DNA of 64,000 bases from Lama glama. Lineage: Eukaryota. Below the pieces are notes generated by a model, which had not been told where the DNA came from, made no database searches, and was given only the letters and a program-made list of their open reading frames with translations. The stretch lies in NCBI GenBank assembly GCA_028534125.1, contig CM052817.1, positions 90,088,001 to 90,152,000 of the forward strand, read 5' to 3'. This document shows, piece after piece, positions 12,738 through 25,505 of this stretch (within the stretch, counting starts at the first letter, position 1; the number at the start of each line of letters is the position of its first letter). Position numbers and translations under genes: made by a program.

Positions 12738-15246
12738 CTCTTCTCTTTGCCTTTTGAATTAATTTTTTAAGGGAAAGATACGTAATTTTATCTTTAACTG
12801 GAAATTTTCTCAAGCTGGAGAAATTACTTAGAAATCCTATTTACCTAAAAGTAAAATAACTGAAAAACGTTTCCATTTTTGCCAGTAGAATTCTCTTGTG
12901 TGTTCTTCTTAATGTTTTGAGGATGCATTGATTTTATAAACTGAGGATTAACTGCACTAACTTAATTTTTTCCCTTGATTTTTGCCTCAAAGTTGATTTT
13001 CCCATTTCCTGATAGAACAAATAATGGAAATTTGGTTCTTTATGCATATGACTTCTGAGTGAGAATTTTTTTGAGGGTTATAAAAATAATGAAACACAAG
13101 AAATACAAACTGCTATTAAAAATAATAAGATAAAGTTATTCCTTAATTAAAAGTAGGACTGTATATTTTGTGCCCCAAAAGAAAATTAGACCTTAATATA
13201 AATCAATTTTTTCTTTGAAATAACAGCTTAAAAAAAAACAAGAAATACCAAAAGACACATTATAGAAGTTGACTCATACCTAATAATTTATGAGGCATTT
13301 TTACTTCTGAATTAGATAATTATGCTAATACTTCTCTCCTCAGTAGTGGCTGGTGTAGCAGGCAGGTTGGTGGTGTTGGGGATATCGGTCTGATAGTTCT
13401 GAGCAGATTCCATTCCCATGGATTTGAAAATAGAAAGCAAAAGAGGCAGGAAACAGCCGCGAATGCAATAGTTAAAACTCAGCTTGTCATGAAGAGGAGA
13501 GGGGGAAGGGTGGAGGGAAAGAAAAAAGCAAGAGAAGAGAGACAGGTCATGTAAACCATGAGCCAGGAAGTGAATTCTTTAAAATGATACTTGCCAGAAG
13601 CTAAATTCTTGTAAATGTGGGTCTTTTAAAAATTTCCTTATGCTATTACTATTGGAATGAGGAATACTTGGGGACCGGATGGAAAAGAGGTCAGAAGTCA
13701 CTAAATTGTAGTTTTATGAAGAACACAATTGCTCTGCTTCAGTTTTCACATTAAAAGCTATAAGCCAGTGAAAAACAATTCTCCTTGTCATGAACCACCA
13801 TTTCCAACATTTCTAGAACATTTGTTTTATTTGAGAAACAAATTTTATCCCGAAGCATTGGTTTATACTTTAAAAGTCTGTCTCTAGTTTAGAGACACAG
13901 GGAGGAGGAGGGAGTGGAGAGGAAGTTGTTAGTCAGAACGGCTGCTGCTTGGGTTGAAGCTGGAAGAATCTAAGAGAATTAATAAGCTCAGTTATCTGAA
14001 GCTGTTTCATATCACAATGTCCAAGAGAAAAAATAATTTTGGGCTAGTAGGCATAAAAAAATCTCTCAATAATTAAAACCTCAAAAGTGCTAATCCAGAG
14101 TTCAGGTTAGCTTCAGTGCATTAAAGATGAAATTGGAAAGTACATGTTCATCCCACAGTATGCATACTCAAACATATAACATTGATTTCTTTTCAGTGAT
14201 GAAAATCATGCATCAGGCATATAGCTAGGATCATCTTATTGTTAAAAATCAATTAATGAAATAGATGTTTGATTTCTAACAGTATTTTTTTGCCCTAGTT
14301 GTAAGCCAGCCAATCACTAGCACGTAAACCAAGGCAGTACCACTATTAAGGAGCAGCTCGAGTATAATGATGTTAGCAATATTCAAAACTGTAGAAAAAA
14401 AGGGGGGAGGGAATGAGAAATCCCCTTTTTGTATTAGCCTCAATTAAGTCTCACTATAAGAACTTCAGTTAAGGGTGAAAATGCATGCTTACAAAACCTG
14501 CACAAACTCTTAATGGGACTTTTATCATGCAAAAGTACCTTCATTTTTACATTCCTTTAGTGTAACTGATTTTACCTATTAGATAAAATGTGTTTAAATT
14601 TCAGGCACTTGACATACAACTATGTCAAATGTACAATGTGGAAATGCCTAGTTGTGTGTTCAAGAAGAAAAATACCTGCCCGAGGGATTATATCCTTTTA
14701 AGAGAAAATGTTTGTTCCTTCCTTTCAAGTTAGGCCTTTAAAAAAGTCTGCTATAAAAATACATAATCAAAGGGAATAAATGCTAGATAAATAAAATCAT
14801 TCAAATACCCAGAGGACATTTTCTTCTTTGCATGGTTAGCAATAAAGTCTAGATTTTCATATTCAGTGGTAGGCTCTTTAGAGCTAAATGTCCCTTTTCC
14901 AACCAGTAAATTGCTCAAGAATTTTGGGAACACTTTTTAGTAATCTAAGACTCAAAGAGCTATTATGGTTAATAAATTGCATCCCATCTTGGCTTTGAGT
15001 CAGACTGCCCAGAGAGCTTCTAGAAACGAGAATATACAAATAAATAAAGGTTAAGATACAGAAAAGTTTTTTTTAATTCAAAACATAACTTTATTCATTC
15101 TCTTTGAACTATTGTCTGTTAATTTATAATTACAAAATACATTAATTAATATAACTATATATTATCTTCAATTTCTTCAGCTATGGAGTTAGAGACAATT
15201 TTTACTCTACTATTTTTAGTAACAGTGCTTTTTTTCAGTAAGACAT

Positions 15247-15700
15247 TGTATGGGAGAACAAATATCTTCTTCCTTTTACCTTTCTAGGTTCTAGCTTGGT
15301 CTCTGTAACAAGAGACCAATTAACAGGAGAAAAGCATACAAACTTATTTAATATACATTGTACATGACAAAGACCTGCAGAAACAGTTAAACCTGAACAT
15401 TTGTATGCTGTGGAAAGTTGTGGGAAAATAGGACAAAGGGTATGAGCCTGCTGTAGTAAACTAGGGGAACTTAGAAGGTCTGTTGGTTGAGATTCTTCCA
15501 AATGTTCCTCATCTTCAGAGATAAGGATACTTCTTTCCTCTGGGTATAGGGAGGGCAGCTCTCACATGAGGATCTAACGCCCTGCTTCAATGGAGAGGGT
15601 CAGAGAGTCTTTCCAGCATTTGCCATTTCTCAGTTTCCTTCAGCTTAACATAATATAAGAAGGTGCCAGATTTGGGGGTAAAGCGTCCTGAACCCCATCC
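15247..15700 (-). mobile_element. Solo ERV1 LTR (MER34/MER39-like) with 4-bp TSD
   Basis: Starts tgt and ends ccttcagcttaacataat...tttgggggta...cctgaaccccatcc. Flanked by ACAT at 15243-15246 and 15701-15704. A 4-bp TSD is typical of class I ERVs. Confidence 0.8.
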
Positions 15701-16424
15701 ACATCCCATTGGAGATGCCTAGAGTGTGAATTCCAGAAAATGAAAGTTAGTTAGACAGGTAGTAACGTTGATCTCATTAACAGATCTGAGTATTTGTTAG
15801 AGAAAGTGAAACCTCGGTAATTTCATCAGAAGTCAAAACAAAGATAGTATTACCTTAATTGGGTTCAAGCAACAGTGAAGGAAAAAAATCTCAGTGGATA
15901 TCCTTCATGAGAGATCTGGATGGCGAAAGAAGCATTAGACTCAGGCACTGTACCAAATAGACTGAAAGTTGTTTACATTTGAAACAGGAATGATGTTATT
16001 CAAATATTTTAGTGGGCATAACGTAATACCCATGTGAAAGTAAGTGTTTCCCCAATATTCTCTGGGGTGTCTGCCTCACCTGAATATCTCTACAGTTGGT
16101 ATAAAAATAGTCTGCCAGTGGTTAAAGCAGACTGAAAAATAGCAATCTTGACTACTCCGGCTCATTTTTCAAATTACTTTTGTTCACCAGGGAATGAAGC
16201 TTGCTTTTAACTCCATGACTATACAACAAACATAGTCCTCATGGAAAACATGTGGAGAAGGTCATATTTCCTCATCACAGCCTGTGTCAGTCCTCTTAGA
16301 AAAACAGAAGAAAATGAATGCAATTATTTCACCTCAGTTAATTTGTGAGTTTCCCCAATAAGACTTGAGTTTCAAATTATATTTTTGTGAAGGATGAATT
16401 TGTCAACACATTGAAAGTTTGAGC

Positions 16425-16477
16425 TGTGTGTGTGTGTGTGTGTGTGCGTGCGCACACGCACGTGAGAGAGAGAGAGG
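16425..16477. repeat. Compound microsatellite (TG)n-(CG/CA)-(GA)n
   Basis: Directly visible: tgtg...tgcgtgcgcacacgcacgtg followed by (ag)n. Confidence 0.95.
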
Positions 16478-16949
16478 GAAACATGGTTGAGTGTGGGAAT
16501 CCCTGTCTCTCAGTAAATAGCACAAATGGGTTCATTTTCAGTTTTAGATAAATTAGAAAGTAAAATATATAGTTTGAAAAAAGGCCCTTTGAAACTGGAT
16601 CCATTCTTGGAAAAGTTGGGAAAAAAATTTTATTGACTGAAAAGTTTATACTCAAACTGTTCTGCACCTCATCTAAGCAAATTACGACCCAGAAAGAGAA
16701 ATGTCTGAGTCTCTAACTGAAGATATCTTAACATGTTGATTTTTATTTCCTTTCTAACAGATTTTTTTCTTCTATTTTTTTCTTTCTGTAGTTTCACTTT
16801 CTATGACTAGTCACTTTCACTGTCTATTATATGACAAGCACCATGCTAAACCTTGTTTGGTAAAGAATGCTAAAATGGAAACCTTGGTCTAAAGGAATTT
16901 ATACCCTACTTGGATAAATAAATAAACTTACATGAAGAAAATAAATTAA

Positions 16950-17170
16950 TAATTATTGAGAACCTGTTATATTTCAATCACATATTCATATAAACTATAT
17001 AATTTATGCACTGTAAAAATCCTCTGAGGTAAATGCTATTAAGATGCCTGTGTTGAACATAAGGATAATTAATTTCAAAGAGGCCCAAAGTCCTACTATT
17101 AATGAATGCCAGACCTAGGGTTTGAGGTAGAGGATGCTATCTCTGAGCCATAATTCTTTGTTGTGCACCA
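16950..17170 (-). mobile_element. MIR SINE (decayed)
   Basis: aatcctctgaggtaaatgctatta...aatgccagacctagggtttga resembles antisense MIR. Confidence 0.55.
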
Positions 17171-17789
17171 ACCCTCTCTTCTCTACTACTTTTGTCTCCA
17201 TATAACTTCTTTGCTATATTTCTCACTTTTTACTCATTCATTCCTTCATGAAGGGTGTACTCAAGAGCTGCAGAGGACCTAGTTGTAATGACTCCAGTGA
17301 CAGCTGAGAAATAAGAGAGGCAGATTTTTCATACAAACACAAAGCAGGCAGACAGAGTTCTGTGGGTCAAGATGAGGTTGAGAGGGTATTTCCTTCAAAT
17401 AATTGTATAACATGATATCCTCACTAGAAAAGCCTTTTTTGTCTTTTAAGGCTTGGCTCCAATGGCCTTTCTTTGGATTACAATTAACAATAGGTGAAAT
17501 TAAAGATGGTCATAGCTCAGACTCTTAATGTTATATATCAGTTTATTGTTGCATGGTTTTTTAGACAGCACATTATGTGAAAATATACTGATTGAAATGA
17601 ATATTCAGTAAGCCAAAAAGTCCAGAACACCTTGTGAGAGGACAGTACACAGAAAGAAAACAAGAGCTCCAAATTTAAGTCCTCTAATGTACTGGTAGTG
17701 TCCAATTTTCTAGATGACAGCTTTTGTCAATATGAAATAGGTTTGTGTCACCTAGTCCTGTTTGATATTAGGCTTATCATAATGGAATT

Positions 17790-18030
17790 ATTTAGACTTG
17801 AAATCACAAGATATGAGTTCAATTCTGGATCTCTTTTTATATTAGGTGTGTGATTTGAGACAAGATACATTAATCACTGTTGATCTCAATTTCAGTGGCT
17901 GAAAAACAGGGAATCAGCATGAACTTATATATATATATAATATATATATGCAATACACGTCATAAAAGTAACACAAATATTAAATGAGGGAAAGTCAGTG
18001 AAAATGCCTAGTTTAATATCTCGTACAGAG
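17790..18030 (+). mobile_element. MIR SINE with internal (TA)n
   Basis: tgagttcaattctggatct...gtgtgatttgagacaagatacattaatcactgttgatctcaatttc. Confidence 0.6.
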
Positions 18031-18476
18031 CTTTGTAGATGTCATATGACACTGGGGATGGTTTGCTCAGTCAGAAGACCTTGGACTTAGCACATCTGCC
18101 ATCTTTGACGTATATTACTGATCATTTGCCAGAATAGACAAGGCTGCTTAGACAGTTTATGTACAGTGAGCTAAAGGGAAACCACCGCAAGAAGGAAGAG
18201 AGGAGGACAATGTAAAATTTGGTACCCTACTGCTTCAAATAATGTGGTAAGGCTTAAAGTGCTGAATAATAGCCGCAGCACTTAGGATAGTTCCACAGCA
18301 GATAAGAAAAGTGGATACATTAGGCAAAATCGAGATGATAACTATAAGCATAAAGAGCAGACATGCCTAAAAAAAATCTAGGATGGGGTCTCTAATCTGA
18401 AGTCAGCATCACTATTCTTACCGGTAATATTTTCCATCACTTCATAAATTCATTACCTATCTGCTGCTTGGCAATG

Positions 18477-18846
18477 TGTTGTGGACCTAATGTAATGTGT
18501 CCCCCAAATTGATATTTTGCAGACCTAACCTACAATGTGATGGTATTTGGAGGTGAAGCTTTGAGAGTATTCAGATTTAGATGAGATCATTAGGGTGGGG
18601 CCCCATGATGAGGTTAATGTCCTTATAAGAAGAGGAAGACATCAGAGCTGTCTCTCTCCCTCTGCTATATGAGAACACAGGGAGAAGACTATTGTCTGCA
18701 AGCCAAGAAAAGGGTCCTCACAAAGAACTGAATGTGCAGGCACCTCTGGGACTTCCCAGCCTCCAGAACTGTGAGAAATGAATGTCTGTTGTCTAACCCA
18801 CCCAGTCTGTGGTGTCTGGTTATAGCAAACCGAGCTGACAAAAATA
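18477..18846 (+). mobile_element. MaLR solo LTR (MLT1A-like)
   Basis: tgtgtcccccaaatt...caatgtgatggtatttggaggtg...gtccttataagaagagg...ggacttcccagcctccagaactgtgagaaatgaatgtctgttg are diagnostic MLT1A motifs, over about 370 bp. Confidence 0.9.
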
Positions 18847-19289
18847 GAACAAAAGCACTCTTTTAACAACCATACCCTCCCTCAGTTTCTCATGGACTGA
18901 AGCTCCCCAAAGTTTCCGAATTCAACAACAAATTCATGCTGATTCCCAGAAATAGGTTACCTTCATTTTTGAAAAATTAAAGAAATCAAATTGTGAATAT
19001 TAGCTAAGCCTTAGATTGAGCCCAGGAAATTCTCTACATGCTATCAGGTAGAGATTCTATATATTTTAAGATTCATTTGAGAAGAAACATAATGATGATC
19101 AAGGTGCCAGGTGTCCCTATTATTAATCAAGATTTCTGTTTTTTTTATTGCTCCAGTTAAAACTATAAAGAGCACGTTATGTAAAATTAAATTGAAATAT
19201 CATGAACTTCTAAATTTTAAAAGGAGAAACATGATTAAAAGTGATTTCCATACCTCTTTTATATATCATTTTGTATATTATTAGATTAA

Positions 19290-19510
19290 CACTGACAATA
19301 CATGCACTATTGTGAGTACTTTCTATGTGTCAGAACGTGTCTTAGAGGCACCTATTAGCATCATCACGCAATGGTTTGAGGTAGCTATCGTTCATATATA
19401 CCAGATGAGGACAAGCTTAGAGTAATTAAGCCTTGACTAAGCTAACTAGACATTTGAGCTGGGGTATTAACCAGTGCTGCTGACTCCAGCACCCAGGCTC
19501 TTCCACATAA
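19290..19510 (-). mobile_element. MIR SINE
   Basis: gagtactttctatgtgtcag...cagatgaggacaagcttagagtaattaag...tgactccagcacccaggctcttccac. Confidence 0.65.
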
Positions 19511-20224
19511 AAGTAACCTCTGGTGATTTTGTTTGGATGTATGAATTCAAATAACCTTCTTTCCATGTTTTGAATACCTTTTCACTAGAGAACCTGTCCT
19601 CAGCAAGTTCTTGCAACACACAGTAGCAGCAGTAGAAGAAAAATGAGGACAAGTAATAGACTGATTAGAACCTTTGTCTACTTCCAAACAGAGGAATATT
19701 TTCTTCTCACCATTTACTTAATTTACAGAATATATCTAGTGTTTTGGTTATAATGGCAATGCATATTTTTTCTAAGTTTTTCATTTAATTTATCTGTTTC
19801 AGGGGATAATATTTAGGCTAATTGAGGTTACTACTTTCATTTTTCTAACTTTCAGTTACTTTTCTGTGTATAGAATATTACTCTTAACTTCCCTTTTATT
19901 GCTATTTTTCCTTTTATCTTAAAGTCTGTTTAGTTTGGGGAACTGAAGAGTAAATCCTGGAATCTAACATAGATCAATTCTTCATTTTTTGGAAATGGGT
20001 GAGAAAAAAGAAGATTAGCAAGTATAGAATGTATTTTGGTGAATCATATAAATTTAAGTAGAAAAAAAATGAAGCCTTTTTTTGGATCTATTTCTGATAG
20101 TAACTAGACACGGTAACTATAATTTAGGCTTCACAAGAAGACGTATCTTATATATTTTCAATGACTCCAGTGCCGCATGCTGCTATTCTCACAGGAAGAA
20201 AATTTCTTTTGGAAGTTAGAAAGT

Positions 20225-21170
20225 GAAAAGTGCTATGGCAAAGATATAACAAGAAAGGGGGATGATGTGTGCTGGAAGGAGGGTTAACATGTTAAATGGA
20301 GAGTCAGGGAAGGTCTCATCGAGAAGATAACATGTGAGCAAAAACTTAAAGGAAGTGAGGGAATCTGGGGAAAGAGCATTCTAGACGGACAGAACAGCAG
20401 GTGCAAAGGCAAGAATGTGATGGGTGCACTTGCAGACAGGAAGGAAGGTGGTATGACTGAGACAAGGTTAGAGAGGTAACGGGTGGCAGATTGCTCACAG
20501 GTTTTTATACACAGAAGGACAAGACATAACATAAGAAAGTATTACCAGGAGTGCCCTGACTGCTCTATTGAGAATATGGTATAAGAACAAGAATGAAACT
20601 GGAAAGGCAAATAAGGAGATATTGCAAAAATTCAGTGAAGAAAAACACTGGTGGCTTGGACCAAAATGGTAGCCGTGGAATTGGTGAGAAGTGTTTGGAT
20701 TCTGGATATTTTTTGAAGACAGAGTCAACAAGGATTGCTGATGTTCTGGATGTGTGCTGTGAGAGAAAGAGAGGAGACGATGATGTCAAGCATTTTGATC
20801 TGAGGGACTAGTGGGATAGAGTGATCGTTGACTGAGACTGGGAAGCCCACAAGAGAAGTAAGCTTAGTGGGTACCGATCAGGAATTTAGTTTGGGGCACA
20901 TTCAGTTTGAGATGCCTATCAGCCAAACACAAGAGTATGCCGAGATGGCAGCTAGAAATGTGCAGGTAGAGTTCAGGAGGTGTGAATGTGGGTGCTGTCA
21001 TCATGTGGATGGTGTTTAAAGGCATGAGATTAGATACGATCCCCAAGTAAGTGCAGATGGAGATGAAAACAAATCCAAAGTCTGAGCAGCTGGCTCACTC
21101 CAACTTTAAGAGACTGAGAGGTTAGGAAACATCAGCCATGCATACTGAGAGGGAGCTGTCAGAGTCCAGG
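20225..21170 (-). mobile_element. L2 LINE (L2a-like) fragment
   Basis: Purine-rich antisense L2 motifs: ggaaagagcattctagacggacagaacagcaggtgcaaaggc, ggtggcttggacca, ggattctggatattttttgaag, ttcagtttgagatgcctat. Confidence 0.85.
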
Positions 21171-24100
21171 AGTGCAGCTAGCAGCGTGTGTGTGCTGGGC
21201 TTCAGGTCAAAGGCGGAACTTCAAGGGGTCTTTATTCTTTATGATAGGTTGAATAATTATATCTTAAATAAATACTTGATAACTTATATCACCTTGTAAT
21301 TTTTGGATATTCATATATGCCTTCACGTGTGAAATACTAATTCTCACACCACATTATTTTATCAAACATTATAAGGTCAGAATTGAATATGACATACTGG
21401 CCAGCTGCACTACTCACTGTACTACTTACTCATTGAAGAAATGATCAAAACTATCAAGGTATTCTTACAGCAGAAAGGTATACTTCTTCCCCTTCTGACG
21501 TATGAAACATAATAAATACGGCAGTACTTTGTATTAGGTAGAAAGTAAGTGGCGGGAAAATCAAATGTTTCACCCTAATTAGCATAAACTTTTTTTGAAA
21601 GTGCATTAGCATAGATATATTAGCATTATGTGTTCTAGCCACTTTGACTTTAAAATTTAAAAATATTTATATGCAAGCCTATAAATTAGGAATGTTCATG
21701 TGCTTTCACAATAAAAGTAGGAATTGTGTCTCAACAGGATTGGCCATCGACTCCTGAAAAAGTAGGCTCCCCAGATGCCCCCAAAATACAATCGGGTGTT
21801 CATAGAACTATTGAAGAGTACATCTCCAGATTTAGGGGAAAAATATACAGACATTACAATTTTCCTATGAAGAGGGTGGCTCTACAAAACATTAAAAATT
21901 ATCTCAGAGCAGGAATGTGAGAATATGCATAAAACCACAGCATGTGTGGTTTTGTTAACCATATCATTATGACAGAATAAAATAATGTAAGCCCTGATCA
22001 TGAGAAAGAATAGAAATAATTTTAAAACTGATAACAAAATATAAACCACTGCAGTGGACATTTTCTGTTTTAAATTCCATATTTGGAGAATAAGCAGAGC
22101 CTGCCTCTCCCAGGAAACTGCCTGCTTGCTTATCTGTGAGAAGTTTCGTATTCCAAGAACATCCTCACCCCATGCTCCCTCGGTGTCGCCCCGTACCCTC
22201 TCACTTCTCAGCCCCACCTTGCCTGCTTGCCCCTTGAACACTGGACATAAATCAGCTTCATCTGCCGGCTCTTGATTTTCTTTCTTCCCGTCCTCTTTCA
22301 GCCGTTCGCTCTCCCTGTCTGTCTTTGTGCTTCGGTCTCCACTGCACCATATGGCAGCTGAGAGCAGGGAGAGCGATGATCTGGCTCCAAACAAAAGAGG
22401 CTGTGGTGTCGGAGGGCCCATGAATGCATGAGACACGGCCATGTATAGAAGGGCCTCCAGCCCCGTCGGTGGTCGGTGAGGACCAAAGGGAAGCTGACAG
22501 GGCTGGCTCTGTATAGACAGAGAAAGAGAGAGCTCCCTGGGCCTCAGATTGAAATTCTTTCTCTTAGTGTGCCCCTTTCCCACTCTCCTTCCCTCAATTT
22601 TTTTTTAATTCTGCGCCCAAATCATATTTGTTTATTAATGACAAAGTCAGAGTGTGTGGCAGAACAAGAAATTAAAGAATTGAAGCAAGCCATCTTCTTT
22701 ACACACTTTAAAATATCTCCAGAGAGCATATAAAACATCACACACGTGTTGAAATGTGGAAGGGAAAAAAGATACATTTCCAGAAGACCATATCCTTTTT
22801 TCCCTTTCTCCTAAAGAATCATTCTCCACACCTACATAAATTAGGGAACTCATGAAAGAACAATATCTGGATAATATGAGAGGATACAGGCATTAAGGAG
22901 AGACTCCTGATTATAATAAGTTAACTGTAGTTTCTAAGATTCTGCCTTTTTTTTTTGTTATCATTTAGTATGTCATTTACGAAAAGAGACACATTCTCAG
23001 TGTCCCTTCTTCTTGATTTCTTGTTCTTGAACTTGCATCCCTCTCCTGTGCCCAGATATGCATGATTTGTTTCAGTGGAGAATTTTCTGCAAAGCAGACA
23101 CAACATTTTTATTAGTGAAGTTAACACCACGCTAGAAGAATAGTAAATTCAAGCTGTAAATCCACCAGCTTTCAGGAGACTCATTTATTCTGTTCCATAT
23201 GAAATAAAAATCTACTACAGGGGAAGAGTTGAAGATGACCATATACATTTATGAAGGAACATTTTATGCTTTATGGCTGTAGGCTACTACCGGCCTTGGT
23301 GGCTGGTGTTGATTTTATCTGATGAAAATAGGAGTATAATAAAAGTCAACCCCCTCACCTCTCTCAACTGCTGTCCACCTACCCAACCTTGGACAAGGCA
23401 TCCCGAATCACGGAACGCCAGGCCGCTCAGGTTATTTAAAGGAACCGGGGCAGGCTTCCACATTCTGGTGTCTGACCTTCCTTCATAAGTAGGCAACAGT
23501 GCAGTTCCTCATGAAATAAATCAGCGGACGTGTGTAGAGCACTTCATCAGTGCCACGTACTGTTCCCCCGGAATCTTTAAGAATAGAGTGAAGGTTATGT
23601 TGCTCATTTCAACACATTGTCTCCCCTCCTAACAGGGCTCCTTTTCAGAAGTAGTTTTACCGAGAACATACCTTCTCTCTTTTAGCGCTCAAATCACTTA
23701 ATGTCTGTCAATAATAAGTGCAAATTTTAGAAACTCATAGATAGCGTATTCCTTTGTTCCATGCGGTCTGAGATGGATGGTTATCTGTCAGCAGATTAAA
23801 AAGCAAAATTACATTGGCTTTTCAGTTATGTTCTTCATAAATTCTCTTTCACAGTTACCATGAAAGTTGGGCCTTATGGGAAACATTAATTAAAATAAAC
23901 ATCCATTCCAATAAACAGAGCCGAGAGCCGAGAGTGCCTGTGTTTAGCAAAGATCAGGTTCTGTATGTTTCCACGGGCGTTGAGAGTTATGCGGTCCATC
24001 ATCTGCCAGGAAGATTTGTATAGAGAGGACCCTCTGTGGTACAAACAGAGAGCAAGCAACAAAGCCACCATTCAACCTTTTCTCTTCACTGCAGCCACAT

Positions 24101-24584
24101 CTGTTTACATGGCCTCTGTTCGATCCTGAGAGGTTTTGTCCTGCCGCCTCCATTTCATTTTACACAGCTCTCAGGGCCTGGTCGTTTGGAAGATTTTTCC
24201 CTCCTTTAAGTCTCCTTTAGAGATTCTGATCTGTTCTGTGAAACAGAAATCTGAAAAACAGGCTTTCAGATAGCAGTTGGTCCTTTTTCTACTCTATCTA
24301 GTTGGAGTTTTAATGAAGGATAACTATAAACTCCAAGTCTCTCATTAATTTTTAAGTAAATTTAATGCACAAGATATGTTTCTTTAGCAGGCTAGGAGGC
24401 TGTATTTTTTTCCCAGTTGCTTATTACTAAATCACAGTTTGCTTTCTTCTGTTTGACACGATTAAAAAAAAAAAAACCTCTTTCCAAGGGAAATTGTAAG
24501 AAATGAACATGCTATATAGAAATCAAATATTACAGAATTCTCACTACATGAATACTTTATAATAATAGGTTATATTTTTATGAC

Positions 24585-24724
24585 TCTTTTTTACAAAGTG
24601 ATTTTACCCATGTTAGTTTATTGGATCCTCAAAAAAAAAGCTGAAGAAGGTAGGGCTGATACCATTATCACCGTTTTACAAAAGAAAAACTGTTAAACTC
24701 ACAAAAATAGTGGAGGATTATCTC
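24585..24724 (-). mobile_element. MIR fragment, probably interrupted by the adjacent ERV
   Basis: ggatcctcaaa...gaaggtagggctgataccattatcaccgttttacaaaagaaaaactg. A possible continuation lies at about 27545-27610. Confidence 0.55.
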
Positions 24725-25100
24725 TGTTAAAAACCAACAGTTCAGCCAAGTAAATTGTAAAGATCTAATTGGTTTTATTATTGAACAATCGTGAATTGGA
24801 GGGTATCCCATTTAGCAAGGGGAGAGGTGCTTCGAGGAGATGTACAAAACGGAAGGCTTTTATAGGCAGAAAAGGGAAAAGAGTGGATTATTTCAGGTTA
24901 GGTAACCTATCTGTGAGGGATGGAAGGACCCCACTTAGTAATTTTCCTCACTGGTGCTGACCAGAAAATTCTAGACAGACCAGTTAACACTACATTCCTC
25001 TGGGATGTTGTAACTGCAGTTAGGTTAGGTATTAAGTCTTGGTTAACTGACATGGGGCTTAGTACAAGTGACTCCATTTTGGACCCCATTTTTTTTAACG
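24725..25100 (-). repeat. 3' LTR of the provirus
   Basis: tgttaaaaa...ttttaacg. Shares long blocks with 27175-27544, e.g. aaggcttttataggcagaa, ttaggtaaccta and taggtattaagtcttggtt. Confidence 0.9.
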
Positions 25101-25115
25101 AATTCCCCACTTTTG
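25101..25115 (-). other. Polypurine tract (PPT)
   Basis: The minus strand reads caaaagtggggaatt immediately before the 3' LTR. Confidence 0.8.
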
Positions 25116-25313
25116 ATCAGACTCTCAGCTTAACTGAGAGATGTGATCAAAATTTAAGGCATTAGTGCGACTCTTAGCTACCACTCCAGTTCTTGCAGCT
25201 TTGTTGACCCTCTGGTGTGGTATCCACAGGTCATGATGTTTTGGCTTAATTCCTGTGATATTCACAGGTTCACAATCCTTAAATTAGTCACCCTTTTCAT
25301 TCCTTTTCTGATA

Positions 25314-25505
25314 TTCCAGGCTTGGAGAGATTGTTTGCTTAATAGGCAGTGGCTACCAACACACATTTAAAGCTTTTGAGAGAATATAATGTACCAGAGA
25401 GATTATTATGATTATAATGAGCAGAATAATTCCCAGTGTTTGGAGGGCACTTCAGAGCCATGGTCCCTAAGACCCACACCAATCAAAATCAACTAACTCA
25501 AAGAA
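25314..25505 (-). pseudogene. env: Retroviral env TM C-terminal remnant (Trp-rich membrane-proximal region, membrane anchor, tail)
   Basis: Manual translation gives FFELVDFDWCGS*GPWL*SALQTLGIILLIIIIIISLVHYILSKALNVCW*PLPIKQTISPSLE, with three stops and no frameshift. It lies about 200 nt upstream of the PPT. Confidence 0.75.

Noticed and set aside
21882..22583. Longest ORF in the track (233 aa, minus strand)
   Set aside because: It starts at GTG, has no recognisable domain and has patchy composition. Local GC richness explains the lack of stops.
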